Shown here: piece by piece, positions 51,516 through 61,925 of the stretch
Layout: each line of letters starts with the position of its first letter
Position numbering within the stretch: position 1 is the stretch's first letter
Assembly: GCA_034521595.1 (NCBI GenBank)
Contig: JAXHMG010000003.1
Location: forward strand, 512,001-576,000
From: Gemmatimonadota bacterium
GTDB lineage: Bacteria; Gemmatimonadota; Gemmatimonadetes; Longimicrobiales; Gaopeijiaceae
Length of the DNA stretch: 64,000 nt
Direction: 5' to 3'
The notes under the pieces: generated by a model
Told to the model about the DNA's origin: nothing
Database searches by the model: none
Seen by the model: the letters and a program-made list of their open reading frames with translations, nothing else
Position numbers and translations under genes: made by a program

Positions 51516-53198
51516 TCAGCGGGGCGTGCCTACGCTCGTCTCCACCTCGACCACCCGCACGGCCGACCCCGACGCCATGTCGTCGTAGTAACGCACGAAG
51601 CGCTCGGGCTCGAAGGCGTCGGTATAGTCGTCCAGGTTCCGGGCCCAACGGTACCCGATCGGTTGGTACCAGAGTGACGCTTCGATCGTGAGCGGTTCGG
51701 AGCTCCCATCCAGGGACAGCTCGTAGCGGGTACGGTCCTCTCCGCCGACGAAGTCCGTATCGTCGTAGGCGGTCCCTTCCACTGCGATGTCCGGATCGGC
51801 CGTCACCTTGTCGAATCCGGCTGGAAGGATGCGGTTGTCCTTCAGGTAACGCACGCCGCTCATCAGTCCCGTCGTGGGTCGATCAGAGGCGTCTCCCATG
51901 ATCGACTCGTAGATCTGCACCTGTTCGGCCGAGCGCACCACCGTGTGGTGCGGCTCGTAAGCGTCGGGGTCGGCATCCGCGTCGTTGCCGACGATCGAGC
52001 CATCGGGTCGGAGCGCGCCGGACTCGAACACGACCTGCCCGGACGAATCGCGTACCCTCACGTGCAGCCACACCCGCCGTGACGGGTATGCCGTGGGAAG
52101 CTTGTGGCCGGCCAGGTTTTCGACGACCACGTCGAAGGCGAGCCCGTCGCCGGTCCGACGCGCGTCCTCCACGCGCATGCGCGCCGTGCTCGTACGGAGG
52201 TGGTCGACCGTTCGTTTCGCGGCGGCATCGAGCTCCTGGGGCAGGGCCGTGACGCCGAGCTCGTTCCGGTACCGGTTCAGCATGCGGAGCATAAAGAAGT
52301 TGCCCCCGCGGAAAACGTGTCTGGAGACCTCCGGGCGAGGCTGGCCGAGCACGCTGGTGATCGGGGCTTCACCCTGGACCACCGGCATGTGGCACGATTG
52401 GCAGCTCTGGTCCTCCCGGTAGTCGCTGTGGAGCCACTCGAGGTAGGGAACCTGCTCGGGGAGCTCCGCCACCTCGTTACCGTCCTCGTCGAGCGCGTGC
52501 GTGTAGAGCGTGTGACAGGAAGCGCACAGCTCGGACGACTGGATGTGGGGCGACTCCTCGGGCCGGAATCCGGACGCGGACTGCATGAGGCGCACCCGCC
52601 CGTCATCGACCTCGAACGGGCCGTAGATGGTGCGCTCGCCGCTCCCCGTATGCTCGTCGACCTCGAAGCCCCCGGTGAAGCTCTCCGGGGAGCCCAGGTT
52701 CGACTCGGCGATCTGGTGGCACACGGAACACGACACGCCGTCGAGCGCATCCGCGGCGAGCTGGGGGTCCGCGCCGTACCGGGGCAGGCTTCCGAACACC
52801 TCACCCGTGCCGCCGGTCAGGTGGGCGGAATACCGCGCGATGGGCATGTGGCACGTCGAGCACTTGTCCTCGATCGCCTCTCGCGCCTGCGGGTGGTCCG
52901 TGATCTCCCGGCGCACCGCCGCCTGCCAGTAGGGGTCCCGGGCCGCATTGGCCATCATCGAGGCACGCCAGTCGAACCCGATGGAGATGTCCTCGCCGAG
53001 CGCGGTGGTGACGCCATTGTGGCACGCGAGGCACACGTCGCTCGTCTCGAAGAGGCGCGCGGCACCGCCGTGCGCGGCCGGCGCTTCCTGGGACGACGGC
53101 TGCAGCGCGGTGGAGGGCGTCTGAGCGAAGAGCTCGCCCACTACGTACCCGACGCTGAGAAGCGCGGTCAACGATGCCACGTAGGTCATGATGCGCAT
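51516..53198 (-). CDS. Secreted pentaheme cytochrome c
   Basis: CLACH, CSTCH, CSVCH, CASCH, CQSCH; signal peptide; C-terminal domain with GHKLPT motif. Confidence 0.9.
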   Translation of the reverse strand: MRIMTYVASLTALLSVGYVVGELFAQTPSTALQPSSQEAPAAHGGAARLFETSDVCLACHNGVTTALGEDISIGFDWRASMMANAARDPYWQAAVRREITDHPQAREAIEDKCSTCHMPIARYSAHLTGGTGEVFGSLPRYGADPQLAADALDGVSCSVCHQIAESNLGSPESFTGGFEVDEHTGSGERTIYGPFEVDDGRVRLMQSASGFRPEESPHIQSSELCASCHTLYTHALDEDGNEVAELPEQVPYLEWLHSDYREDQSCQSCHMPVVQGEAPITSVLGQPRPEVSRHVFRGGNFFMLRMLNRYRNELGVTALPQELDAAAKRTVDHLRTSTARMRVEDARRTGDGLAFDVVVENLAGHKLPTAYPSRRVWLHVRVRDSSGQVVFESGALRPDGSIVGNDADADPDAYEPHHTVVRSAEQVQIYESIMGDASDRPTTGLMSGVRYLKDNRILPAGFDKVTADPDIAVEGTAYDDTDFVGGEDRTRYELSLDGSSEPLTIEASLWYQPIGYRWARNLDDYTDAFEPERFVRYYDDMASGSAVRVVEVETSVGTPR

Positions 53199-53200
53199 GG

Positions 53201-54358
53201 TTACCATCCCTCGAAGAATCCGCCGTCGAACCAGTCCCACAGGATGTAGAAGAGCAGGGTGGGCTCGCGTGTGGCCGTGTCGTTGACCGGAACCCTGACC
53301 GCCAGGTTCGCCATCACGTGTTGCCGCGTATTCAGCGTTACCTGGAGTTGCGGTGTGAGGTCCCAGTGTGTCGTCGCCCCGTCCTCGAGCTCCCGACTCG
53401 ACAGGACTTCCACCATCGGACTCCATGTCCGTCCCCACGCTCCTTCGGTGAAGCTCTTCCCGAGCACCAGCCGCAGGGCCGCCTCGTCCCCGGCCCGGTC
53501 CGCGTCGAAGGGACGTTCATAGACGCCCTGGAACTGGAGGAACGCGTCGGCGGGGAGGATGTGTCCGTAGGAGGCGAAGGTCTCGAACACCGGCGTGCCG
53601 ACGCCGAAGCCTCGCTGGTAGTCACCGGTCGGAAGCTTGATCTCGGCGGCCCCGCTGAAGATCGATCCCCGCTCCATGCTATGGTAGAACGCGCGCTTGA
53701 CCCCCACTACGACGTCTCCGAGCCCTCCGTGCCAGGACGAGGCATCCGCCCGGGATCGGTACGAGAACGGTACCACGAGCTCGACTTGGTTCCGGGCGCC
53801 GAAGCGCTTCTCGTACACGAGCTCACCCGTGAGCACGGCCGGCCCGTCGAGCGAGGCTCCGTAGGTGAACACGGCTTCGTCCTCGGGATACGCCTTCTCG
53901 GTGACCATCGCCCGTGGAAGGTTGAGCTCGCCACGAGGCCAGTCGTCGTCGGCGCACATCGACCGGATGTGGTCCAGCGCACGCTGGAGCTGGTCGACGG
54001 TGAGCACACCGCCGAGCGCCGGCATGAGCGGGTCGAAGCCCCGGGTCGGCCCGCCGTCGTGCGCGACCGCCAGCCAGTCCGAATCGGGCTCACGCGTCGC
54101 GAAGCTGCAGTCGGTGAAATCCGGCAGGGGAACCTGGAACCCCACGGCGGACGACGGCATCCCCGTACCGTCGGGGCCGTGGCATCCGGCGCACGCTTCG
54201 CGGTAGAGCTCTTCGCCGTTCATCGACGCGTAGTCCGTGCTCGGCCAGGACCCCTCGCCGACCTGGGCGGCGAGGGGTCCGGCCAGCAGCGCCGTCAGAA
54301 GGAGTCCCGAGCCGATGACACGGGAGACGCGCGATGGCGCCATGGGGGTCGTGCTCAT
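53201..54358 (-). CDS. Class I cytochrome c fused to a putative outer-membrane beta-barrel
   Basis: Signal peptide, GEELYREACAGCHG, distal LMPA, then amphipathic strands (GLGDVVVGVK, EIKLPTGD), aromatic C-terminus; RBS AGGAGG. Confidence 0.8.
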   Translation of the reverse strand: MSTTPMAPSRVSRVIGSGLLLTALLAGPLAAQVGEGSWPSTDYASMNGEELYREACAGCHGPDGTGMPSSAVGFQVPLPDFTDCSFATREPDSDWLAVAHDGGPTRGFDPLMPALGGVLTVDQLQRALDHIRSMCADDDWPRGELNLPRAMVTEKAYPEDEAVFTYGASLDGPAVLTGELVYEKRFGARNQVELVVPFSYRSRADASSWHGGLGDVVVGVKRAFYHSMERGSIFSGAAEIKLPTGDYQRGFGVGTPVFETFASYGHILPADAFLQFQGVYERPFDADRAGDEAALRLVLGKSFTEGAWGRTWSPMVEVLSSRELEDGATTHWDLTPQLQVTLNTRQHVMANLAVRVPVNDTATREPTLLFYILWDWFDGGFFEGW

Positions 54359-55296
54359 GTTCGTGATCCTCCTACCGGAAGACTCCATCCGAAATAGGCC
54401 GACAAATCCGGAGATGCTTCGCTCAGCCCGGCTGTCACGCCGACCGAGAAGGATCGTCCCCGCTCGAGGAATCGGGACAGCCCGACGGAAACACTAACCG
54501 GAGCGGCCGCTGTCGGCACGATGCGGCTGCTGCCGGATACGCTCGCGAGCAACGACGTGCCACTCTCTCCGAACAGTCTGGAGACACCTGCGGAATACAT
54601 CACGCCGTCCCGGAGCTCCAGCTCCGGGAGGTCTCCGAACCACCAGTGCGCGCCGTCCAGAAAGAACCAGGTGCTCCCTACGCCCAGGGCGACCGACGCG
54701 CCCGCTCCCGCGTCCCACTCGCCGGTCCCTACGCCGGATTCCAGGCCACGCAGTGGGGCTTTGGCCCCGAGGTTGAGCGATACCGATCTGATGAATCCGG
54801 AGCTCGAGTACGCATCGTAGGTGACGCGCAGAGACGGATCGCCGACCTCGAGCGCGTAGCGGTCCCGGAACACGACGGCCGAGTCGGTCGGCGTCGTGCC
54901 AGTGCCGGAACCGGCTCCGTCTCTTCGCCTCGTTCCGATCGGTCCGTCCCCGGAGCGCCGACCGACGACGCCGCTTCCCTCCCCTCCGGTCGGAACCGGT
55001 TGGTCCGCCACCACGCTGACGACCCCGCTGTTCTGCACGATCAGCGGAAGTGTCGCCGATGCGCTCAACTTCGAGCCGCCGACGCTGAGACCGTTCGACA
55101 ACCAGAACGAATGCGTACGTTCCGCGAATACGTAGGAGCCGGTCGAGTAGCTGATCGACCCGGAGTACCGGACGGTCTGGCCGAGCAGGGGGGGCGGGCT
55201 CCAGAGCGAGCCCGGCGTGCCGGCCGTGGTCAGCACGAGCCCGACCACGACCGAGCGCAGCCGGCTGGTGAGACCCGAAGGTGCGCCGGCTTTCAC
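54355..55296 (-). CDS. Putative outer-membrane beta-barrel (COG4313/SphA-like)
   Basis: Signal peptide, YSTGSY, VGDPSLRVTY, AKAP...GVGTGEWD, GLSEASPD...FGWSL. Confidence 0.7.
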   Translation of the reverse strand: MKAGAPSGLTSRLRSVVVGLVLTTAGTPGSLWSPPPLLGQTVRYSGSISYSTGSYVFAERTHSFWLSNGLSVGGSKLSASATLPLIVQNSGVVSVVADQPVPTGGEGSGVVGRRSGDGPIGTRRRDGAGSGTGTTPTDSAVVFRDRYALEVGDPSLRVTYDAYSSSGFIRSVSLNLGAKAPLRGLESGVGTGEWDAGAGASVALGVGSTWFFLDGAHWWFGDLPELELRDGVMYSAGVSRLFGESGTSLLASVSGSSRIVPTAAAPVSVSVGLSRFLERGRSFSVGVTAGLSEASPDLSAYFGWSLPVGGSRT

Positions 55297-55303
55297 GGCT
55301 GCG

Positions 55304-55825
55304 TCATCCGCCGGTGGGTGCGGAGGTCTGGACCCGGTCTCTCAACCGTTCGAGCAGCCTGAGCCCTTCTTCCATGGAGCCGACCATCAGCTCCCAGTGG
55401 TTCCGGAGCCGTTCGACCTCCTGCTCCATGTCACCACGGAAGGGAGCTTCGGCCTGCTCCGCCATGTTTCGGAGCTGCTCCATCGCACGGTGCATCTCCT
55501 GCGCGCCCACGTTCATGGAATGCGCCATCTCGCGCAGCCGCTCTTCGTACCGGAGCCGCTCGGCGACATGGACATCCATGTCGCGCTGCATCCGGAGGTT
55601 CTCCATCTCACCGAGAATCTGTCGCTCCATCTGGTGAGCCCGCTCCTGCACACTCGCCATCCGACGCATCGCCTCGGTGATCTGGCGCGCGTGCTCCTGC
55701 ATCCGCTGCATTTGCTCCTGCATCTGGTGCTGGAGCATGGCCGGGTCTTGAGCCGTCGCCATGGCCGGAAGCGCGAGAAGGACGGCCACTCCAGCCGCCC
55801 ATGCGATTGATGTTGCCCTGCGCAT
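55304..55825 (-). CDS. Met/His/Gln-rich periplasmic helical protein
   Basis: RBS AGGAGG, signal peptide ending ATA-Q, about 20 Met and 7 His in 173 aa. Confidence 0.85.
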   Translation of the reverse strand: MRRATSIAWAAGVAVLLALPAMATAQDPAMLQHQMQEQMQRMQEHARQITEAMRRMASVQERAHQMERQILGEMENLRMQRDMDVHVAERLRYEERLREMAHSMNVGAQEMHRAMEQLRNMAEQAEAPFRGDMEQEVERLRNHWELMVGSMEEGLRLLERLRDRVQTSAPTGG

Positions 55826-56050
55826 CGCATCGACCTCCTGCGACCGTCCCGGAGGCGGGTGTCGGGATCGATATCCGGCCGGCGGGGCGTGGTGGATGGC
55901 CTACAGTGGGAGGGTGACTTCCGACTTCCACGCAAGAACATATTCGGACCTTTGTGGACATGGTGCCGGGAGAAGCTCGACGACTCGTGTCGGGAATCCC
56001 CCTGACAACCACTCGCACGGTTGCAGCCGGCGACCGGCTCGGCCCCCATA

Positions 56051-56097
56051 CGCGAAAAGAGGGTGGTGCCCGCGGGCACCACCCCCCCTTCTTCGCG
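56051..56097 (-). terminator. Intrinsic terminator after ahcY (possibly bidirectional)
   Basis: GGGTGGTGCCC-gc-GGGCACCACCC hairpin with CTTTT on the minus strand. Confidence 0.75.
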
Positions 56098-56180
56098 ACG
56101 GATTCCGGGCTAGACCCGTGAGGCCGCCGGCCCGTCATGGCGCGGCGACGTCCGAAGACGCCGCGCACACCGTCGTCCGA

Positions 56181-57673
<1,493 letters not shown>

Positions 57674-57677
<4 letters not shown>

Positions 57678-58678
57678 GCGGGATTCTTCCTTTCTGGAGT
57701 GTCTTCTCGATGATTCGAACGATTCGACGCGCCGCCCCTCCGGGCGGACGTCAGGAACAACATGGGCCCGCTCGCCGACGGATCGGGAGCGAGCTTGTGG
57801 GTGCGGATCTCGTCGAACCCGGTCTCGTTCAGCCAGCGCTCGATCTGAGCGGGCTCGAAACCAGGCCAGACGTGTCCCATTTCATCCGCGTACCCGACGC
57901 CCCGCTCGTGCTCGCGCATTTCGAGCACGACGGCACGGCCACCGGGTCGGAGCGTCCTGTAGACCTCCGAAAGGACCTGCGGTGGATCCACGACGTAGTG
58001 CAGGACGAGTGAGAGGAGAGCCACGTCGAGCTCTCCGTCTTCGATGGGGAGCGCCTCGAGCGCTCCCGGTCTCAGCTCCACGTTTTCGATGTCTTCCAGG
58101 CGGTGCTCGGCCGCCGAGAGCATCTCGGAGGAGCGGTCGATGCCGACGACCCGTTGGACGAACGGCGCGATGACCCTCGCCAGCGCGCCGGTTCCGGTGC
58201 CCAGGTCTCCGACGGTCCACCCACTGTCGAGTAGACCGAGGAGCGGGGCGAAGCGGACGCCTCGACCGAAGAGCTCTTCGCGCATGTCGTCCCACCGTTC
58301 GGCGGCTCGGGCGAAAAACTCGTCGGAGCGGAGCTGGCGATCGCGCAGGACGGCAGCGGCTCGCTCCGCATCGCTCGTGTACGGACCGTCCTCTCCGAGG
58401 CGCGCTCGTACGATCTGCCAGAGCTCTCTGGCACCGTCGTCGAGATCCGGTGAGACACGATAGTGTCTCGACCGGCCGTCCTGACGCACGTCCACCCAAC
58501 CCTCCTCCGCGAGGGTTTTCAGGTGACGGCTCACGGTCGGCTGGGCGAGCTGCAGAACGGTGCTCAACTCTCCCACCGAGAACTCGCTGCCGTCGAGCAG
58601 GGCGAGGATACGGACCCGCGTCTCGTCGCCGAGCGCGTTCAGATGGTCCAGGATGGGGGCGGACAACAATGTATTCAT
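57674..58678 (-). CDS. sahR: ArsR-family regulator fused to SAM-binding methyltransferase domain (SahR-like)
   Basis: w[12 protein letters not shown]...[34 protein letters not shown] overlap with ahcY. Confidence 0.88.
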
Positions 58679-58719
58679 AAATTCACATACGAAGATACGA
58701 CAACTGGCGGTGAGATCAA
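58674..58719 (-). promoter_or_regulatory. Putative sahR promoter (TTGATC-N16-TATCTT) with overlapping 20-bp palindromic operator
   Basis: TTCATA-N8-TACGAA at 58674-58693 overlaps the ATG; AT-rich patch in high-GC DNA. Confidence 0.55.
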
Positions 58720-58800
58720 CCCCATCCTTGGTCCCGAAGAGTGGCGGCGTTAACTTTGAGTCGAGCCGTTATGCAGTATTGACTCGATCCGGAGGGTTCT

Positions 58801-59961
58801 TTGAAGAGCCACGGCCACGCGCCTCACGACGACATCGTCTATCCCGCCACGGTCCCCTTCATTCTCGTCCATGCCGCCTGTCTGGGCGCCATCTGGACCG
58901 GGGTGTCGGCCACGGCCGTGGCCGTCGCGGTGGGCTTGTACGTCATTCGCATGTGGGGTATCACGGCGGGGTACCACCGGTATTTCAGCCACCGGTCGTA
59001 CAAGACCAGCCGGGTCATGCAGTTCGTGATCGCGCTCATCGGACAGACGTCGGCGCAGAGAGGTGTGCTCTGGTGGGCGGCCGTGCACCGGCACCACCAT
59101 TTGTACTCCGACACCGAGCACGACGTGCATTCTCCGCGTCACCAGGGTTTCCTGTATTCGCACGTAGGTTGGATCTTCAACCACAACAACTGGAAGCCCG
59201 ACTACGGCACGGTGAAGGACCTCACGAAGTATCCCGAGCTCGTATGGCTCGACCGGCTCAACTATCTGCCGGCGATCCTTCTGGGCTTCGGAATGTTCCT
59301 GTGGGGCGGTTGGACGATGCTGGTGGTCGGCTTCTTCTGGAGCACGGTGGCGCTGTATCACGGTACCTTCTTCATCAACTCGCTCGCCCACGTGCACGGA
59401 TCACAGCGCTACCTCACGGGTGACGATTCGCGGAACAACTTCTGGCTCGCGCTCATCACGCTCGGTGAGGGGTGGCACAACAACCACCACCATTACCAGA
59501 GCTCGACCCGACAGGGCTTCCGGTGGTGGGAGGTCGATCTCTCCTACTATGCCCTGAAGGCGATGTCCTGGTTGGGTATGGTGTGGGATCTGCGGGCGCC
59601 GCCCGAGGCCATCGTCCGGGGCGAGCGTCCGGTCGGGCGCAAGGTTGTCGAAAAGGTGGCCGGTGACCTCGCCGGGACGTTCCGGGTGGAGGCGATCGCC
59701 CAGTCGGTTCGGGAGGCTTGGGCGGAATCGCACGCGTTCGACGATCTGCAAGAGCGGGCTCGTCGGGCTCGGACACAGGCCGAAGAGCGCCTCGCGGAGA
59801 TGTCGATGCCGCATCTTCCCACCATTCCGGAGCTACGTGAGAAGGCGGAGGAGATGTTCCACGACACGCCTTCCCTCGACGACATCGTCTACCGGGCGCA
59901 CGAGATGCTCGCCGAAGCCGTGGCGCGGCACCTCTACGAATCGACGCTGGCCAACGCCTGA
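58801..59961 (+). CDS. Delta-9-type fatty acid (acyl-CoA) desaturase
   Basis: His boxes HRYFSH, HRHHH, GEGWHNNHH; RBS GGAGG before TTG. Confidence 0.92.
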   Translation: MKSHGHAPHDDIVYPATVPFILVHAACLGAIWTGVSATAVAVAVGLYVIRMWGITAGYHRYFSHRSYKTSRVMQFVIALIGQTSAQRGVLWWAAVHRHHHLYSDTEHDVHSPRHQGFLYSHVGWIFNHNNWKPDYGTVKDLTKYPELVWLDRLNYLPAILLGFGMFLWGGWTMLVVGFFWSTVALYHGTFFINSLAHVHGSQRYLTGDDSRNNFWLALITLGEGWHNNHHHYQSSTRQGFRWWEVDLSYYALKAMSWLGMVWDLRAPPEAIVRGERPVGRKVVEKVAGDLAGTFRVEAIAQSVREAWAESHAFDDLQERARRARTQAEERLAEMSMPHLPTIPELREKAEEMFHDTPSLDDIVYRAHEMLAEAVARHLYESTLANA

Positions 59962-59994
59962 CGACGAGCGACTCGACGCCGGTCCACAGAACCC

Positions 59995-60043
59995 GCCCCC
60001 CTTCCGCGTTCCTTGCCCGAACCGCGGGAGGGGGGCATTCTTT
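59995..60043 (+). terminator. Probable intrinsic terminator after desaturase
   Basis: GCCCCCCTTCCGCG...CGCGGGAGGGGGGC followed by ATTCTTT. Confidence 0.65.
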
Positions 60044-60115
60044 GTGCCCTCGCAATTCGGGTCTCGCGCTCGCGAACCCGTCTGAAGCTCACCTGCCTCC
60101 AACTCGGACGCGTCC

Positions 60116-61876
60116 ATGGATTGGCTGCAAAGCCTCGTCGATTTCCTGAACACCTACGTGATCGAGATCGGTATCTCCATCGGCGGGGAGAACATCCCCT
60201 TGATGGTGATCCTGCTGCTCGGCGCGGGGCTCTACCTAACGATTCGCACGGGCTTCATTCAGCTGAGGAGACTGGGGCACGGGTTCGCGGTCACGACGGG
60301 CAGGTACGACGACGAGGATGACCCGGGTGACGTCTCTCATTTCCAGGCGCTGAGCACGGCCCTTTCCGCCACGGTCGGGATCGGCAACATCGCCGGGGTC
60401 GCGATCGCGATTCACTGGGGTGGACCGGGGGCGCTGTTCTGGATGTGGGTCACGGCGTTCGTGGGCATGGCGACCAAGTTCTCGGAGGTCACGCTGGCGC
60501 AGCGCTACCGTGACGTCGACGAGAGCGGAGCTGTCCACAAGTGGGACGGGGTCGTCGCCGGGGGCCCGATGTACTACATCGAGCGGGGGCTGGGCCCGGC
60601 GTGGAAGCCGCTGGCCGTGTTCTTCGCCGTCATGCTCGGCTTCACCGCCTTCCTGACGGGCAACGCGGTCCAGGCGAACACGGTTGCCGACACGATGGAG
60701 TCCACGTTCTCCGTTCCGGTCTGGATCACGGGATTCGTGACGGCGGGCGTGGTCGCCGCGGTGATTCTCGGAGGGATCCGGAGGATCGGCCGTGTGACGG
60801 CGGTGCTCATGCCCTTCATGGCCGTGATTTACGTGCTGGGCGCCCTCACGATCATCATGCTGAACCTCGAGCAGCTCGGGCCCGCGTTCGGGACGATCTT
60901 CCGTGAAGCGTTCAATCCCTCGGCCGGTGTGGCCGGGGTTGGAGCGGGTGTATTCGTCGTGACCCTCATGTGGGGGGTGCGCCGTGGCCTGTTCTCGAAC
61001 GAGGCGGGGCAGGGGTCGGCGCCGATCGCGCACGCCGCGGCGAAGACGGAGGAGCCGGTGTCGGAGGGCGTGGTGGCGCTCCTCGAGCCCTTCATCGACA
61101 CCATCCTCATCTGCACGATGACGGCGTTGGTGATCATCATGACGGATTCGCATGTCGAGCGGTTCCCGACCGAGATCATTCTTGATGGTGGGGATATCAT
61201 CTACACGGCCGAGCAAGAGAACGACCGCTACATGGCCGTCGATCCCCCGGAACAGATCGTCATCGCGGATGGGCGGCACGCGGTCACGGGCGCCGGAGCC
61301 CCGCTCGTCTCGTGGCACGAGGCCGCGGTCGAAGAGCTCTACGTCGATCCGGAGCAGACCGAGCCGTTCCAAGGCGTCATCTTCCCGGACCGTGGAGAGG
61401 CCGTCGCCGAAGACGGCACGACGTACACGTCGCTGTACGGAAACGCGGTGGAGAACGGGGCGCCGCTCACGATGAACGCCTTCCGCACGGGTCTCGCGCC
61501 ACTGGGTGACTGGGGTCACTACGTCGTGCTCGTCGCGGTACTCCTGTTCGCCGTGTCGACCTCCATCGCGTGGAGCTACTACGGGGACCGGTGTGCGCGC
61601 TATCTATTCGGTCAGGGCTCCGTGCTCCCGTACAAGGCCATCTTCGTGCTCATGCACTTCTTCGGCGCGGTGATCCCGCTCGCGGTGGTGTGGTCGCTCG
61701 GAGACGTCGCGCTCGCCATCGTGATCGTTCCCAACCTTCTCGCGCTCATCCTGCTGGCGCCCAAGGTCGTGGAGGAATCCAACAGCTACTTCGCACGCAA
61801 GCCGTGGGAAGCGCTGGGCGAGAAGCGGCGCCGCCTCGACGAGGAACGTCGCGGCGGAAGGGGAGGAGGCGCGTAG
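60116..61876 (+). CDS. Sodium:alanine/glycine symporter (AGCS family)
   Basis: ATVGIGNIAGVA, GGPGALFWMW, GGPMYY, RGLFSNEAGQGSAP, EPFIDT, WSYYG. Confidence 0.95.
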   Translation: MDWLQSLVDFLNTYVIEIGISIGGENIPLMVILLLGAGLYLTIRTGFIQLRRLGHGFAVTTGRYDDEDDPGDVSHFQALSTALSATVGIGNIAGVAIAIHWGGPGALFWMWVTAFVGMATKFSEVTLAQRYRDVDESGAVHKWDGVVAGGPMYYIERGLGPAWKPLAVFFAVMLGFTAFLTGNAVQANTVADTMESTFSVPVWITGFVTAGVVAAVILGGIRRIGRVTAVLMPFMAVIYVLGALTIIMLNLEQLGPAFGTIFREAFNPSAGVAGVGAGVFVVTLMWGVRRGLFSNEAGQGSAPIAHAAAKTEEPVSEGVVALLEPFIDTILICTMTALVIIMTDSHVERFPTEIILDGGDIIYTAEQENDRYMAVDPPEQIVIADGRHAVTGAGAPLVSWHEAAVEELYVDPEQTEPFQGVIFPDRGEAVAEDGTTYTSLYGNAVENGAPLTMNAFRTGLAPLGDWGHYVVLVAVLLFAVSTSIAWSYYGDRCARYLFGQGSVLPYKAIFVLMHFFGAVIPLAVVWSLGDVALAIVIVPNLLALILLAPKVVEESNSYFARKPWEALGEKRRRLDEERRGGRGGGA

Positions 61877-61925
61877 TCGGATCGGAGCGATCGGGCGTGG
61901 GGGCCGGGTCGAACAAGGGCGAGGT

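Noticed and set aside
53199-53438. N-terminal extension of the pentaheme cytochrome ORF
   Set aside because: Overlaps the upstream gene; signal peptide and RBS fit the start at 53198
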